A stretch of DNA of 53,432 nt, the filler included, from Bipalium vagum (Eukaryota), in the NCBI GenBank assembly GCA_037834085.1. It is 3 parts of 3 records of this genome, joined end to end, with 100 filler letters (N's around TTAATTAATTAA, not from the genome) between each part and the next. Parts side by side here need not be neighbours in the genome. Positions count along the whole stretch, not along the records: positions 18,805 to 36,200 come from JBBMKC010068140.1; positions 36,301 to 53,432 come from JBBMKC010077451.1; 1 more part is not named here. The stretch is one strand, 5' to 3'. This document shows positions 24,994 through 38,627 of this stretch, piece by piece. The position numbers and the translations under genes are program-made. Numbering within the stretch: the stretch's first letter is position 1; every line of letters begins with the position of its first letter. The notes under the pieces were generated by a model that saw nothing but the letters and a program-made list of their open reading frames with translations, made no database searches and was not told where the DNA came from.

Positions 24994-26636
24994 TATTAGG
25001 GGATACAATTTACAACAATCAATAAAGCAATAATGTGTATTCATATCACAATGTACAATAGTACATGCAAGATAACAACGTTAACACTCTATTAAATCGC
25101 AAAAGTCAAAATAGCAATGATAGAAACCAACAAATTATCAAATAGATACGATGATAAAATGATACTGATCACCAATCAAACATTCGTACAATCAGTCAAA
25201 CAATTAAATATTAACAAAACACAACAATCAAATGTAATAATAATAATCAAAAATCAATTAATCAATAATTAAATGTTAAATAAATAAAAGAAAAACATGT
25301 TATCAATAAAAAACATAATGAAAGAAAAATACCTTACGAGATCCAAGAACTATCAGCTTGCGGTTGCTCAGAGATAGCCTTCTGGTGGGGAACCCAAACA
25401 CAATCACCAGGAAAATTTCCTAATATACCTGTAACAATAACGTTATCTTCTTTTCGGTAACAATTATAACTGTCTTCTATTCTTCTACCCCTAACTTTGA
25501 AAATCTTTCTCTTTAAATATTATTTTCCTGTGGTTCTTGTATGTGAGGATTGAGCTTGAATTATCTTGATAATTCTTTTAATTATTTTTAAGACCCTTTG
25601 AATTTCTTTAGCCTATTATTAACAACCATTATTGTCTTTGAAAAACTCTTCCAAAAATTATATTATTATTATGATTTTTTATTATGATTTTAAATACGGT
25701 ATTTAATATAAATATAATGTTATTTCTATTAAAATTAAAGGTCGTACGGATATTTATTGTGCATTAATACCCATAAAATATTTTTAATTAAGATAATTTA
25801 AATATTTTCTTGATAAGAATTCTACAAAAACACTTATAAATAAACGCATTGAAAATTAAAGTATTATTAACACCAAAAATTTATTTCATAACTGTTAATT
25901 TTCCATAAAAAAATTATCTTGAAAATATTTACATATCCTCATACGGATAATTATTGGATTATATGTACATATATGTATATATATAATATCCCGTTTATAT
26001 ATATTGTGTATTAATAATATAGAAAGTCAATATTTTCATACATTTCCAAATCATGGATTCAAAGACCAAGAGAAATTGTAATATTTTTGTAAATTACTAA
26101 TTATTATGAAATGTTATCAACCTCTTAGAAAAAAATCTCTATTGTTTAATAAATTAATTCTAAAATTTTTATTATTACATGATATAATAAGCGGTAAAAT
26201 ATCTAATAAAAATGAAAGTGAAAAGAAAACATCGATTATTATTGATGCACTAAATATCAGGAGAAAAAAATCACTGTATCTGTGAGCTAGGTTTAATTAG
26301 GTTTATAGGGAAAAGTATACCTTTCACACTAATCCACTTAAGTAAATTTAGGGAACACAAATATTTCTCCACGAAATATAACTCATTTGATTGGTTGATT
26401 GATATTCTAAGAAAACTTCTGTCGTGTACCGAAAAATTATCCCTAAATTCAATTATATTATTGTTGAGTTATAATCTTCTCTTTCTTTTTGTCGTTTATC
26501 TCAAAACGGGATTTGTGAATTTTTTTCTGTTGGTTTTTGGTTTTAAGGCTTTGGTTTATTTATTTGTGTTCGGTAGCAATTTTCTCAAAACAAAAATTCA
26601 AATAAAAATCCAGTGGATTGCGAAAAATTTGGGAGG

Positions 26637-29600
26637 ATGATGAATGAAAATGGGAAAAATATAACCGGTGTGTTTCCGTCCCAAATTTTCCAATTGCAGC
26701 GAGAATTTTCCACAAACACCAATTCCCATAAATCAATAAAAGCGTGTAATAGAGACATGGCTAAAAAAGATGAAAAGCCAACTGATGAAGAATGGAATAG
26801 CTGCACCAAAAATGTCGGTCTTGAAACACACTTATCAAGTGACACGGGAAAATTTAATGTTAATCGTTGTTCAAATGATAAAAGAGATGCCATGTCTGAC
26901 TCCACTAAATTAGGTAACTTAACAAGAAAAAATCAAGTAATCAATTTGCCTGAAGAATACAAAGAGATTGACAGTTGCACCAATTGTTGTGATGAAGATG
27001 TGCACAATGTGTTGGAAAATAAAAATATTGTAACAACGAAAACGATTCGTCGAACAAAACGGATAATAAGGACAAGATTTATTGCCAAAAGTAAAAGTAT
27101 GGATTCTGAAACTCTGAAAAACAGCTTAGAAATAGGCAATTTTGACAATATTGAAACTGCCAATCCCGAAATCACCATGGAAACGGTTACCAGTGAAATT
27201 ACTACTTTGACCAAACCCGACCCTTTGGACAGCACCAAAACCGTCACGGAGATCATTTACGATTCCAGTGAAAATACTAAATCATTGTTAACCGATTGTG
27301 ATATACCGTTGAAATTCAATATTGAATCAGATGAACAAAGTACTATCAAAACTGAACCCGTTAATACTGAAGAACCACAGATAGATCAGAGTGAACACTG
27401 TGAAATGGATCAGTCCAACCATACTTCGGAAGAAACAGTTCCCAGTGTAAATAAAATCTATTTAAATGATAACAGTCTTGATTTAGAATCTCCAATTCCT
27501 TCATCTGCTGGATTTCAAACCATGTACGACACTAATCCCATTGAAGCATTGCAAGCAAATGATGAAGATAACAATGAAAAACGGGCTTCAAGTTTGAACA
27601 GTGAAAATAGCAATGATACGAAAAGTTTATCAAAGTCAACCTCTGGAACTATTTTGAAATCAATGTCCAGTTCTCCTTCCATTGCAGCTCAATTCAATAT
27701 AATAGCAAAATCTCGCAAAACCACTGTACCCAGATGTCGAAGAACCGATCCTCCCAATAAGCCAACTGTTCGATACATGACACAGCCTGTGGTTTCTGAT
27801 AAACCTGGCAGTGCTGAGTGCCTTAGAGACAGACCTTATGACAATCTAGGGGATTCTGATTGCACGAACAGTGTACAAGATATCACCATGATTCCCCCTG
27901 ATGAAAAATCAACCATTTCTGATGATACGACGTCAATAGGATCACATAATTTGAGTAAATACTCTAGGTCTTTGTCAGGAACAACACGTATCGGTAAAGA
28001 ACCTATTGATGGAATTGAAAGTACTTCATCAGCTCGTAATTATTCAACAAATATTAAAGAAAATATTTCTGAAATAGACAATAAGTCTGAAAAAAGTTAT
28101 GGAAGTGAAGAATTGTCGTGTAGTCCAGACTATAATATGGAACCGGTATTTTATGAAGAAGCAAAAAGTCCGCTAATAAAGCCTTTACGTCGTAGTGAAC
28201 GACATTTATCAGGTGGGTCAGGAAATTATACCAATAGTAGGGCATATCAAACCAGTTTACCAAATACTCTTCGAAGACCCAACCCACAGCATATTCGAAT
28301 TCACAGTGATGAAATAAAAGCTCCATCAGCTGCCATATCTGATTTAACCACCGATTACTTAAACAGAAAATGTTTTCAAATAGATCGAAAGGATACAGAT
28401 AATACATTTCCTACTGGTCCTATTAGTTCAAGATACTCGCCGTTCAGACATGGAATCGACTCCACAGCTGGTTTGGATAATGTAGTTCTTAAATCTCCAA
28501 GTGCCCAAGCTTTAATGAGGAACAGTTTGAACAGAAATCGATCAACAGCGTCAGTAGTGATAAATAATTCAAATAACCTGAAACAAAACCAACGTTCCAT
28601 TCATAGTAGTGAACGGACATTTGCAGGTTTTTTATACTTAATAAATCATTCTAAATACTTATTTAAATTTTTTATGTCCTTAATTACTGTTATAAAACTT
28701 TAAGAGTTTAATGTATGTTATTTATTATTTATTATTTTAATTTTAATATTACTTTTTTTTATTTTAATATTAATATTAATATTTTTATAATTATTATTAT
28801 TTTTTAATTATTATTATTATAACTACTGATAAAAGATAAGAGACCTCAAAAAAATTTCATCTAAATTCTTTAAATTCCTTTGTAAAAAGAATTAAACCAG
28901 TTTTTTGTTAAATTATTTACCATTTCTTTTCTAAATCTTAGGATCTTTAACAGATACATATTTTATTTTGTAAGATGGACAAACCAAAAAAGTTTTCAAA
29001 CCATCTTGGTGGGATGGGAGTGAATTTCTAACAATGATTGCTAAAGTCATGGAAAAAAAATATAATCAGTTGGGGCAATGTCTGCTGAATAAGACTGATT
29101 TTATGTTTTCCCCAATAAGTAATATGTGGGCTAATAATGTGATATGATTTTCATTTTACTTTATTCCACTCTGCATACGGACTTTCTTTTAATAATTGTC
29201 CATAGAAATAAGTATTAATGTTTTTCTTGGTGGTAAGACCTAACATTAAACAAATTCCTTTTACTCAATTAAATAAAATATGATTTTCATGGAGAAATCA
29301 TTTTTATGTTTAATCTTAATCGTTTGTACGATTTACAGGACTCTTTCATTTTCCAAGAGATCATACGAAAGTCATTATTTATTTATTGTATTAAAATAAT
29401 TCATTCATGAAAGAATAAATAAACAAATGAAATTATCTTTTAATTATTAAGAAGCATTTCTTTTTTTATTTTCTTATCTCATATGGTCAGATAAAATCAG
29501 TCTACCTTGTCATTTCATGTCCCTTTGAAAATTCTTTTTATGTGATGAACGATGTTACAAACCTTCTTTGTCAAATTTTTTTCGTTACGCACTAAGAACG

Positions 29601-32600
29601 TTGTTCGTCTACCATGCTGAAATGATCCGTTCTGAACATACAAATTTCAATCTATTGTGATTGTCAACATTAAAGAATGGATTATTGTTTAAGGTTTCAT
29701 TAAAATAATTCCCACTGAATACCATATCAGAAAACAGTTTTAAATTTGATACTAAATTGGACTATTAAAATAATTTTTTATTTATGATATAATTCTAAAT
29801 CCAATCAGACCATTACTGATTATCTCCGAGATCAATTGATCGGAGACCCTGATTTAATTGACCATATAGTTATAGAACTTTTAGTATAAAATGTTAGTGA
29901 AGAATATCTCATATGTGATACAATAGGGATCTTCATATAATAAAACTTTATAAGTTTTATGAATTTTTTATACCTACAATTAAGATATTTTAAAATTCTG
30001 TTTCAAGAATATTAGAAAGGAATTTTAAATTATTAATTAAATAAAAATTTTATTTGAAACATTAATTTAATTTCTAATATTTTTTATTTATCTTCTCTAA
30101 TTTTCTAATTTATTTATTTATATTTATTCAGGAAATATATAAATTAAGTGATTTTTACAGATATTTATTGTTTGTTTAAAACGTTTATTTAGGCAATGAA
30201 AATCATGAAACTAATCGTAAGAACAATAATTATATAATTCTAATAAATAATTAAAATTATATTATAATATCTCATAATAATTTGCGTGAAGTTTTATTTA
30301 TTTAATTTCTTTTTAACTTAATTTTTCAATTTTTTAAAAATTGACATTTAGGAAAATAATATTGATTTTTCGAATATTGATTTTTGTGATCTCTGTATTT
30401 TTGAATTCTAAATTCTGAAAATGAATCTTGTATGAAATATATTTTCGAATGAATAATTTTTATGCTTGAAAATATTGTCGAAAAACTATTTTTCTTTGAG
30501 TTAATTAACAATTTTTCTAGAGAAGGATTCCAATACAAATACAGAGGTTTGTGAAGGAAATAACTTAGAGGGGGGAGATACTGCACAAAATATTCCAGAC
30601 GAAATTATAATAGAAGAGGTAGACGATAGTGAAGCATTAGAGAAACAAAAAATGGTAATATTATTATGTTATGTAATTATATGATTATTTAACAATGTTA
30701 TTTCTAAAAATAAATCCTCAAAATCTGTTATTGTAAACGGAAACAAATTAAATGATTGTTACATAGAAAATCACCATTTTTATATTGATTTTCAAAAACC
30801 CTATATTTTTTCAAAAAAATAAGTTTGAATTCAAAATATACACGATTACAATTGACAATGTTTGACAAGGTTATTTATCTCATCACATCACTGTAATCAT
30901 TGTCTTTTTATGAAAATTTGATTTTGGCATTGTTTTCAGTGATTCATTTTTGTTTAACCATTACACAGATCTTTACGATTATCATTTAACATTCATTTTT
31001 CATCGCATGTAATGATTCACTATAAAATTTATTTCTTTGAATCAATGAAAAGCCTCTGAATTGTTTGAATTTCACGTAGTTCCTTTTCTTTCACCTACTT
31101 GAAAAAGTTACTGTGATTGCGTATAACTCTTCTGCCTTTTTTCTGAAAGTTATTTGCATATTTGATTTCACTAACTGCTTCAATTGATCACCATTCTTCT
31201 TAGATTCATTTCAATTATTATTTTGATTTCCATCACTCATCTCCTTTGGAAATTTGTTTGAATCAGGAACGAGTTTCAAATTCCGAAAATGAATGTTTTC
31301 CCCATGCTTTCTGATAATTCTTTGTCGATTCTGTTACATTATGGTTATGTTTAAATTCGTGAATTATAATGACCCCAATTTGCATGCTTAACCATTCTTT
31401 AACCTTAGCTCCTGATATTCATAAAATCTAAAAAGTATAAGTAGTTATAATTTTATTATAGATAATTTTAAAATCTTCCGTTTAATATACTAAAAAAACA
31501 ATTTAAACATTATTTTTCAAAAAAAAGTATTCAAAAATAGACATAAAAAATCGACCGTTTCATATGCAACAACCTAATATTTACTTTATACAATCAAAGA
31601 GAACTTGCACCGGTAAATTTATATCAAAATAAATTTTTGACAAATAATTTAAGTTTTTATTGGAAAGAAAAAATAATAAAAATATGTTTAATATTAAAGT
31701 TAGAAAAATAATATTTTAATTATTATTTAAAACAGAGTGTCATAGGCAGTTAATTAACATAATTTAATTTTGAGATTTCTATGAATTTATTATTTTAAAT
31801 TTTCTGGTTCTCTGATCTCACTCATAATTTCACATTAATTTTGCAATGAATCTGATATTAATACTGAAGAATTGATAATAATAAATGTGTGGTAATCGTT
31901 CAATAATGAAATGGTGTTTATTATTCCTTAAATTCCATAAAATAAATAATTAAAAATCCACATCAAATGCAATAAAATCAATCAACCGGTGTATTAACTC
32001 TTAATTTTGCCAATCAATGAATCTCATACAAATGGAATATAAACATGATTAGAAAAAAAAGAAAAAAGTGTATTATATTATATTATTGTATTATTAATAA
32101 AATGAAAATGCTGTCTAACCTCCTTATAGCGAACTGGTGGTTTACCTTAAATTTCTTATAATAAATTAAAATATTGACAAAAATTTCTTTAAATAATTTT
32201 AAGTATAAAAATATTCAATAAGTAAAGGAATTTTGGGTTTTTATATTTTTAAAATAAAGAAATTTTTTAAACATTGAATTATACTGATTTTTACTGAACT
32301 GGTGACGCTAATAATTCTTTAATATCAGTGGTCCCTATAAGAGGTTTCGTAGTAATTCAATTAAGGTCTCCTGAGAGTAAAAAAATATTTTTTATTTTAG
32401 TCATTAGTTAAGTAAAATGAATTGTTTATTTAAAAATTAAATTTNNNNNNNNNNNNNNNNNNNNNNNNNNNNNNNNNNNNNNNNNNNNNNNNNNNNNNNN
32501 NNNNNNNNNNNNNNNNNNNNNNNNNNNNNNNNNNNNNNNNNNNNNNNNNNNNNNNNNNNNNNNNNNNNNNNNNNNNNNNNNNNNNNNNNNNNNNNNNNNN

Positions 32601-35600
32601 GTAAAACATATAACAGTTATTCAAATGAATACGTAATGATTTCTTATCTCAGTAATAAAACCAGTTTATATTTCGTTTCAATGGAATTTATTAATGAAAA
32701 ACTTATTTAGTGTCAGGAAAAGAGATTTTTAATTATTCAAGAACTACTTAGTGTGGAATCGGAATATGTCAAAGTCTTAGAAATTTTAGTAAATGTATGT
32801 TGTATTTTCCGTAATAATATATATTTTATTGATTTTATTTTCCAAGCATTATATGATTCCTCTGAAATTGGAAAAGCTCTTAGATGAAAGTCAGGTGGAC
32901 ACAATCTTCAATAAGATACAACAATTACTGACTTATCATGCTGGATTTTTATCTACCCTTCAAATATGGGAGCCCAAAGACACCATTGGTGACAAAATGG
33001 CTCAGATGGTTTTATTATGAATTTGATATGTATTGCTTAATGGTATTCAATATTCAGTTTTCTTTAATTAATGTTCAAGACTGTTACACTTCGTTTATCG
33101 AAAATTTCTCAATGTCAGAAAAGCTTTTGGAGAACGCGTTGAACTCAAAATCGTCATTACAGAAATTTGTTGAAGTAATTTTAGAGAATAAATAACTCAT
33201 GAATAAATTGTTTTTTCCTTAAGCAAAAACAAAAGGAAACGAAAAATAAACTGCCTTTAAAGGCTCTTCTTGTGCAGCCCGTTCAAAGAATCCCGAGATA
33301 CGAATTACTTTTGAAGGTTTCGTCGTTTTACAAATGAGACTTAAAAAGACTTTAACTTTTCCAGAGATTGATTGAATATACCAATACTGATTCAATAGAT
33401 TACACGTACTTGTTAGAAGCGCAAACGGCGGTTCACCAGTTGGCCATTAAAATAAATGCTGTGAAAGAAGCTACCCAAGATGAGACTTTTATCGAAGGTT
33501 TAAAAGTCTTGGATAGATTACTATCTCCAATGGTTAGATAAAATTATTCCTTAATAAAATATAAATTTAGCGGCTTAAGGAATATTTGTCTTAAATTAAC
33601 CAATTCTTCAGCTTTTTCCCATCACCATCTTTACTTTCCAATCACGTAGAACTGGAGTTCAGAAGAATCGTAAAATATTATCAGCTTGATACAATTATGA
33701 ACCATAAAATTTACAAAAATTATTTTCCATTAAATTTAATTTAATACCGGAGTCAAAGCTCATAAAATGGCATTTGGTCAAAAAAAATCATAAGTGATCC
33801 AAATTTTGAGCAAATTAAAACAAATTTTGTCCATTTTATCTCTTTCATCAAAATCTCATTATTTTAAAAACTCTCTCAGCAGAATGCTGGAAAATTATGT
33901 AGGAATATTTAATAAAGTCTGATGATGAGTTTATAATCACAAGAAACTTTTATATTTTATAATAATAATATTTTCAACATACAAATTTCTATTAAGAAAA
34001 ATGAGGGAAATCCATTTAATCTCTAATTTGATTTTTCTTAAATATTATTAAAATATATGATTATTTTATTATTATTTGCAGACTATGAATCAAAATAGAC
34101 AGTTTATTCGACACGATACCGTTACTATGGAAGTGAGCCAAATTTAATCTTGAATCTTTATTTTTTGCTTTATATTATTTATATTCTCCATATTAGGATA
34201 GAAAAGAATCATATTGTCTATTTCTATTTTCCGATCAAGTCATTGTTACAACTATGAAGCGCAGGGGAACACAAACTGCTAAAAAATCTCCAGTTCTCAG
34301 AATGTTAGTTCTTAAAAATAACTATATTAATTATTTAATGTTATTAATATTAGGTTATAACATTATATTTTGTGATTTTATTATTTTATGGTTTTGTTTT
34401 AAGGTAAACAATAACGTTTTTTAAATATATAAATTCATTTAATTGAAAGACTTTTTCTTCTTCTACAATATTCCACTAAAATGTTACATTTATTTAAATC
34501 TTACAGCTTTAAAGTGCAGTGCTGTCGAAAACACCATTTCTTTCCACCACCTATTGCTAATTTTTTAATCGAGGTCAGAAAGTTGTCAGAAAAGCGGTCC
34601 AGGAAATTTGTAATATATATGGAAAACATGTTTGGGGCTGGATGAGAAATTCGAAATTGGCACATTCAATTTTCAAGACACCGATTGGCCATAAAAATTT
34701 CGATGATGACCATTTGAGAGCAAGTGTGAAAGAGGATGGTTGTCAAACAAGTAGAGATTTGTTTCAGAGGATAAATAGTAATCCAGTGAGAGTCTTCCAT
34801 CACGTAAATTCAATTGAAATTTGTATTCCATATTGAATTAATTGGAAATATCAAAAAAAGTCGTTTAAAGATTGCAGCTTGAAATATTGTTAAACACCGA
34901 GCAACAAACTGTCACAATTAAATGTTTGACAATCATATAAGATTTGATAATTATTTTATCACGGATTAGATTTACTTTTGTTACTGAAGACAAAAAATGG
35001 ATTACTTATGATACTTCTAAGAATATAACAGAGGGTGGACCTTGATATGCCAGCTACCTCGGTCGCAAAAGAACATATTCACTACAAAAAGATGCTACTT
35101 TGGATATGGTTGGATTTGAAAGACCCTATTCATTATGAGGTCCTTCAAATAGGTGCGACTATTAATGCCGAACCTTATGGAAAACAGTAAACACAATTTT
35201 CTGAAAAAATAAAGAAAGAAATCTTTACCTGACAACTGTAGCGTAAAATTATTTTGATGCATGACAATGCCAGGTCGCATGTGGTTGAACATACGAAGAG
35301 AAAAATTCCTATAATTATGGTGGAAAGTTCTTCCTCACGCGGCTCTCTCTCCGAACCTATTTCCGACAAATTATGACCTTTTTTGTTCAATCCAATACTT
35401 TAACCGAATGTCACTTCAAAAAGGTTACAGAGATAAATTGATTTTCTAGATAATTTCTTTGCTTCAAAAAAACTTTCTATTTGCAATTACCTGAAAGGTG
35501 GAAAACAGTGATGAACAATATTGGGTCTTATATTGTTGATTGATCTTTTCTACCTTTATGGTATGACAAAACGATTATTTTTTTTATTACTTTAAATTTT

Positions 35601-36106
35601 ATTTAAAAAAAACTAAAACCTGAGCATACTTTATAATACTATATCAAAAATAATTTAAGTGATTTGATAAAAATATCATTTAATCTGAATCAATTTATTT
35701 TCCTTCTGTACTTTCTGTAAAGGTTATGTGAGATTCATCAGACTGATTGACTTAGTTAATTCTCTGGTCTGGTAAAATCATAAGACTTGAAAGGGTATGG
35801 AAAAATTAATTTTTTAACGAAGTTTGATTTCCTTTGAAGGATAATAACCGCCAATTATGATATTAATCTCACTACAAGATGTTTTGATTTTTAAAAGGAA
35901 AATATTTTTAATACATTTTTGACATTTAACAAAACACAGGTAAAAATGAAATCAACAAAAAATTTTAACGCATTAAAATTTGTATTAATTCTAATTTAAC
36001 ATTTTTCAATAATTTAGAATGACCCCTACTGGTATCGACTTCGTTGATAATATCAAATATAAATTTTTTTCAAGAATAAATATTGAAAATATTGAATTTG
36101 AGCAAA
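26637..36106 (+). CDS. Rho guanine nucleotide exchange factor (DH-PH), ARHGEF17/ARHGEF10-like, 3' incomplete
   Basis: In-phase GT-AG exons: 26637-28626, 30193-30216, 30521-30654, 32711-32794, 32847-33008, 33058-33174, 33224-33316, 33365-33532, 34082-34132, 34197-34303, 36018-36106. DH motifs RFLIIQELLSVESEYVKVL and LLVQPVQRIPRYELLLKRL, PH-like CLFLFSDQVIVT. The true start is uncertain because CAG at 26611-26613 could be a splice acceptor. Confidence 0.88.
28860..29800 (-). mobile_element. Very decayed mariner remnant (RhoGEF intron)
   Basis: Minus-strand YSADIAPTDYIFF at ~29055-29093. Boundaries are approximate. Confidence 0.5.
30830..31577 (-). mobile_element. 5' half of a decayed mariner
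   Basis: TA-TTAGGTTGTTGCATATG TIR on the minus strand at ~31579. Reads MQIGVIIIHEFKHNHNVTES...AWGKH..TRS*FKQISKGDE. Confidence 0.7.
32445..32600. other. Assembly gap (156 N) within a RhoGEF intron
   Basis: N run without a linker. Exon phase is continuous across it. Confidence 0.95.
34350..35620 (+). mobile_element. Decayed mariner (RhoGEF intron)
   Basis: TA-TTAGGTT start. Remnants VTEDKKWITYD, KMLLWIWLD and ILMHDNARSHV. Confidence 0.78.
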
Positions 36107-36123
36107 GTAAGTATGTAAAATAT

Positions 36124-36144
36124 TTATTATTATTATTATTATTA

Positions 36145-36199
<55 letters not shown>

Positions 36200-36200
36200 T
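36124..36200. repeat. (TTA)n microsatellite at contig end
   Basis: About 25 near-perfect TTA units running into the N linker. Confidence 0.95.
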
Positions 36201-36300
36201 NNNNNNNNNNNNNNNNNNNNNNNNNNNNNNNNNNNNNNNNNNNNTTAATTAATTAANNNNNNNNNNNNNNNNNNNNNNNNNNNNNNNNNNNNNNNNNNNN
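36201..36300. other. Artificial scaffold linker N44-TTAATTAATTAA-N44
   Basis: Exactly 100 nt, with a six-frame-stop core at 36245-36256. Confidence 0.95.
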
Positions 36301-36479
36301 TAATCGACTCACTTAAAAATAAATTGATCGCATAAAAATGATTATTTTTAGTATTTTATTGTTTTCTATAGGTGTTCTAAACTTTCCGCGGGTATTGTAT
36401 GTAAAAGGTAGATTTTTTATACAAAAAAAGAATTATACATAAAAGTATGAGATTAAAAGTAAAGACATATATAAAAGAG

Positions 36480-37030
36480 TAATGGTTATCATCAATGATA
36501 ACAGCATAATGTTCAACGCTTCTAAAGTGGATTGAAGTTTGATTTTCATTTCCAAAGCAGAAGAGATTAAAAGGTAAGAAAAGTGATGACATTTTTTGGG
36601 ACGCCAAAGGTGTTCTGGCAATCTTAGTAACTCCGAATATTATACCTTCAGGTTGCAATAATTCGCGAAAAAGCCTGGTTTACAGCAAAAAATAATTTTC
36701 AATCAAGATAATATATGTGTTAACAAAAATAATTTTTCAACGGAAAGAATCGAAGAATTATATTATTTGCTTGAACAACCAGCTTATTCTCCAGATTTAG
36801 CTCTAAGTAACAACCTTTTCAGAAACTTAGAAACATTCTCCGGGGATAGTCTCTCAAAAGAAGAACCTGTGGCAGTCTTAGACCAGTACTTTGCAGACCT
36901 TCTGGAATCGCACTTCAAAAATGCCTAGACTAAGTGTGTTAAATTGTTCAGAGACTATATTCAATAATAAAAACAATTTGAATAAAAAAATTCATGCTGT
37001 TTCATGTTCGTTTACATAAATTTTTGCAAT
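36480..37030 (+). mobile_element. 3' fragment of a decayed mariner
   Basis: Remnants KVMT, FNQDN and LLEQPAYSPDLALSN. Confidence 0.7.
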
Positions 37031-38627
37031 CCTTTGGTTTTCCCTGGAGACACAATTTAAAATCTAATTGGTTCAAATGAGCTCATACGTATATCTGAAA
37101 TAGCTGAGGTTCAAGTCAGTCTTCTAATTTTTTTAAAAAACAATTCATTTTTGAAAAATTTCCAAAAATCAAAAATATTTTTTTACAAGTAATTAAGATA
37201 CATTTGAAGGTCAATGTTTTAGAGAAATGCTAAAATCTTCAATTAATTTGGGTCTATTGAAAATATTTAGATAAGTCTATTTTCTTTTCTGACCCTTTTT
37301 TACGATAAATATGATAAATTAAACTGCTTCAAATGTAATTATTAATTAATCTGAGTGATTTGAAAATATTTCGAACTAGCCTTTATTAGAAAAATTTTTA
37401 AAATGTTATATGTCTAAAGTAGACAGGTTTTATTTAACGGAAGTAATTTTATATTAAGAAAAAAAGTTTTATAGGTAATAAATTTTTTTTATTTTTTTGT
37501 TTTATTTATTTATCTTTATGCATAGGTTTTTTAATCTTGTGAGCATAATCGATTTATTTGAAAATTATTTTTTATTCTTATGTTTATTTATTTATTTATA
37601 TTTATCAGATTATTCTGGAAATCTTTAAAAAAAAATTGCATGATTATTAGACTAAGTATTACTTTTTTTATTTTGTTTTTTTAATCAAAATTATTATTCA
37701 TTATCTTGTTTCAAATTATTTCTTAGAGTCATTATATAAAATATTATAAACTGTAAAGATAATATATTAGTAGAAATCGATAAAAGCTACCGTTTTTTTA
37801 ATTAAAATCACAACAATCACAGTCAGAATTGATTTATTAAAATATTCATCGATTCAATAATGATTTATTGTATTATTTTTACTGTTGCATAAATATCAAT
37901 AATTAGTATAACTTTACTTGTGTATGGTGGGGGTCAGATCATATAATGACTTATGGAATGCTTTTCTGTTAGCTTGTAAAAAAAATTAATAATAAATTGT
38001 ATCGGGTTTTCATTTCAATTTCACAATTTATTATTTAGTTAATAATTAATGTTAATTTGTTAATTAATTAATTTTAAAAATGACATTGACACAAAGTGTC
38101 CATTTATTTGAACTTTAACAATACTTTCACTGCTAAGTCATTTCGAAATGGAGATAGCAACCATAAAGTATTTTAAAGTAGAGAACTTCATGACTGAGAA
38201 CTCATGAAAAGACACTAATAACGTTTTTATAAGTTAATTTATTAATGAAAATTGTTAAGTAACTTGATGCACAGGATAAAAATATTAGTAGATTTGGGAT
38301 AATTTCCATCGATCGGATCAAAAAATGAAATTCAAATTAGATAATTGTCAGAGTTCCAAGCAAACCTGCTTATAGTCAATACATTATCAGTACTTTAATT
38401 ATAAGTCTTATTATAAAAAATAATTTTACTTAAATCACTTAGAATTATAAAGCTTGAAAAATAAATTTTTATTGAAGTATCTTCATATTTTCGAAATTTT
38501 ATGAGTATCAGGATTCGAGTTTTATTTCAACCTCTTTGAAAGAATTATTGTATTATTATCAACAATTTCGAAAAAATTATAGGATCTGAAGAATGCGTAA
38601 TTTAAAAGGTGAATTACAGGATTTGTA

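Noticed and set aside
25741-25790. RTD codons after an AG as AGBL5 exon 4
   Set aside because: Not followed by GxNLNR, the splice junction does not fit, and it lies beyond the linker.
26585-28600. Minus-strand ORFs of 74-117 aa
   Set aside because: Antisense shadows of the large RhoGEF exon.
36107-36252. Poly-Leu ORF extension
   Set aside because: Intronic (TTA)n microsatellite after the GTAAGT donor at 36107.
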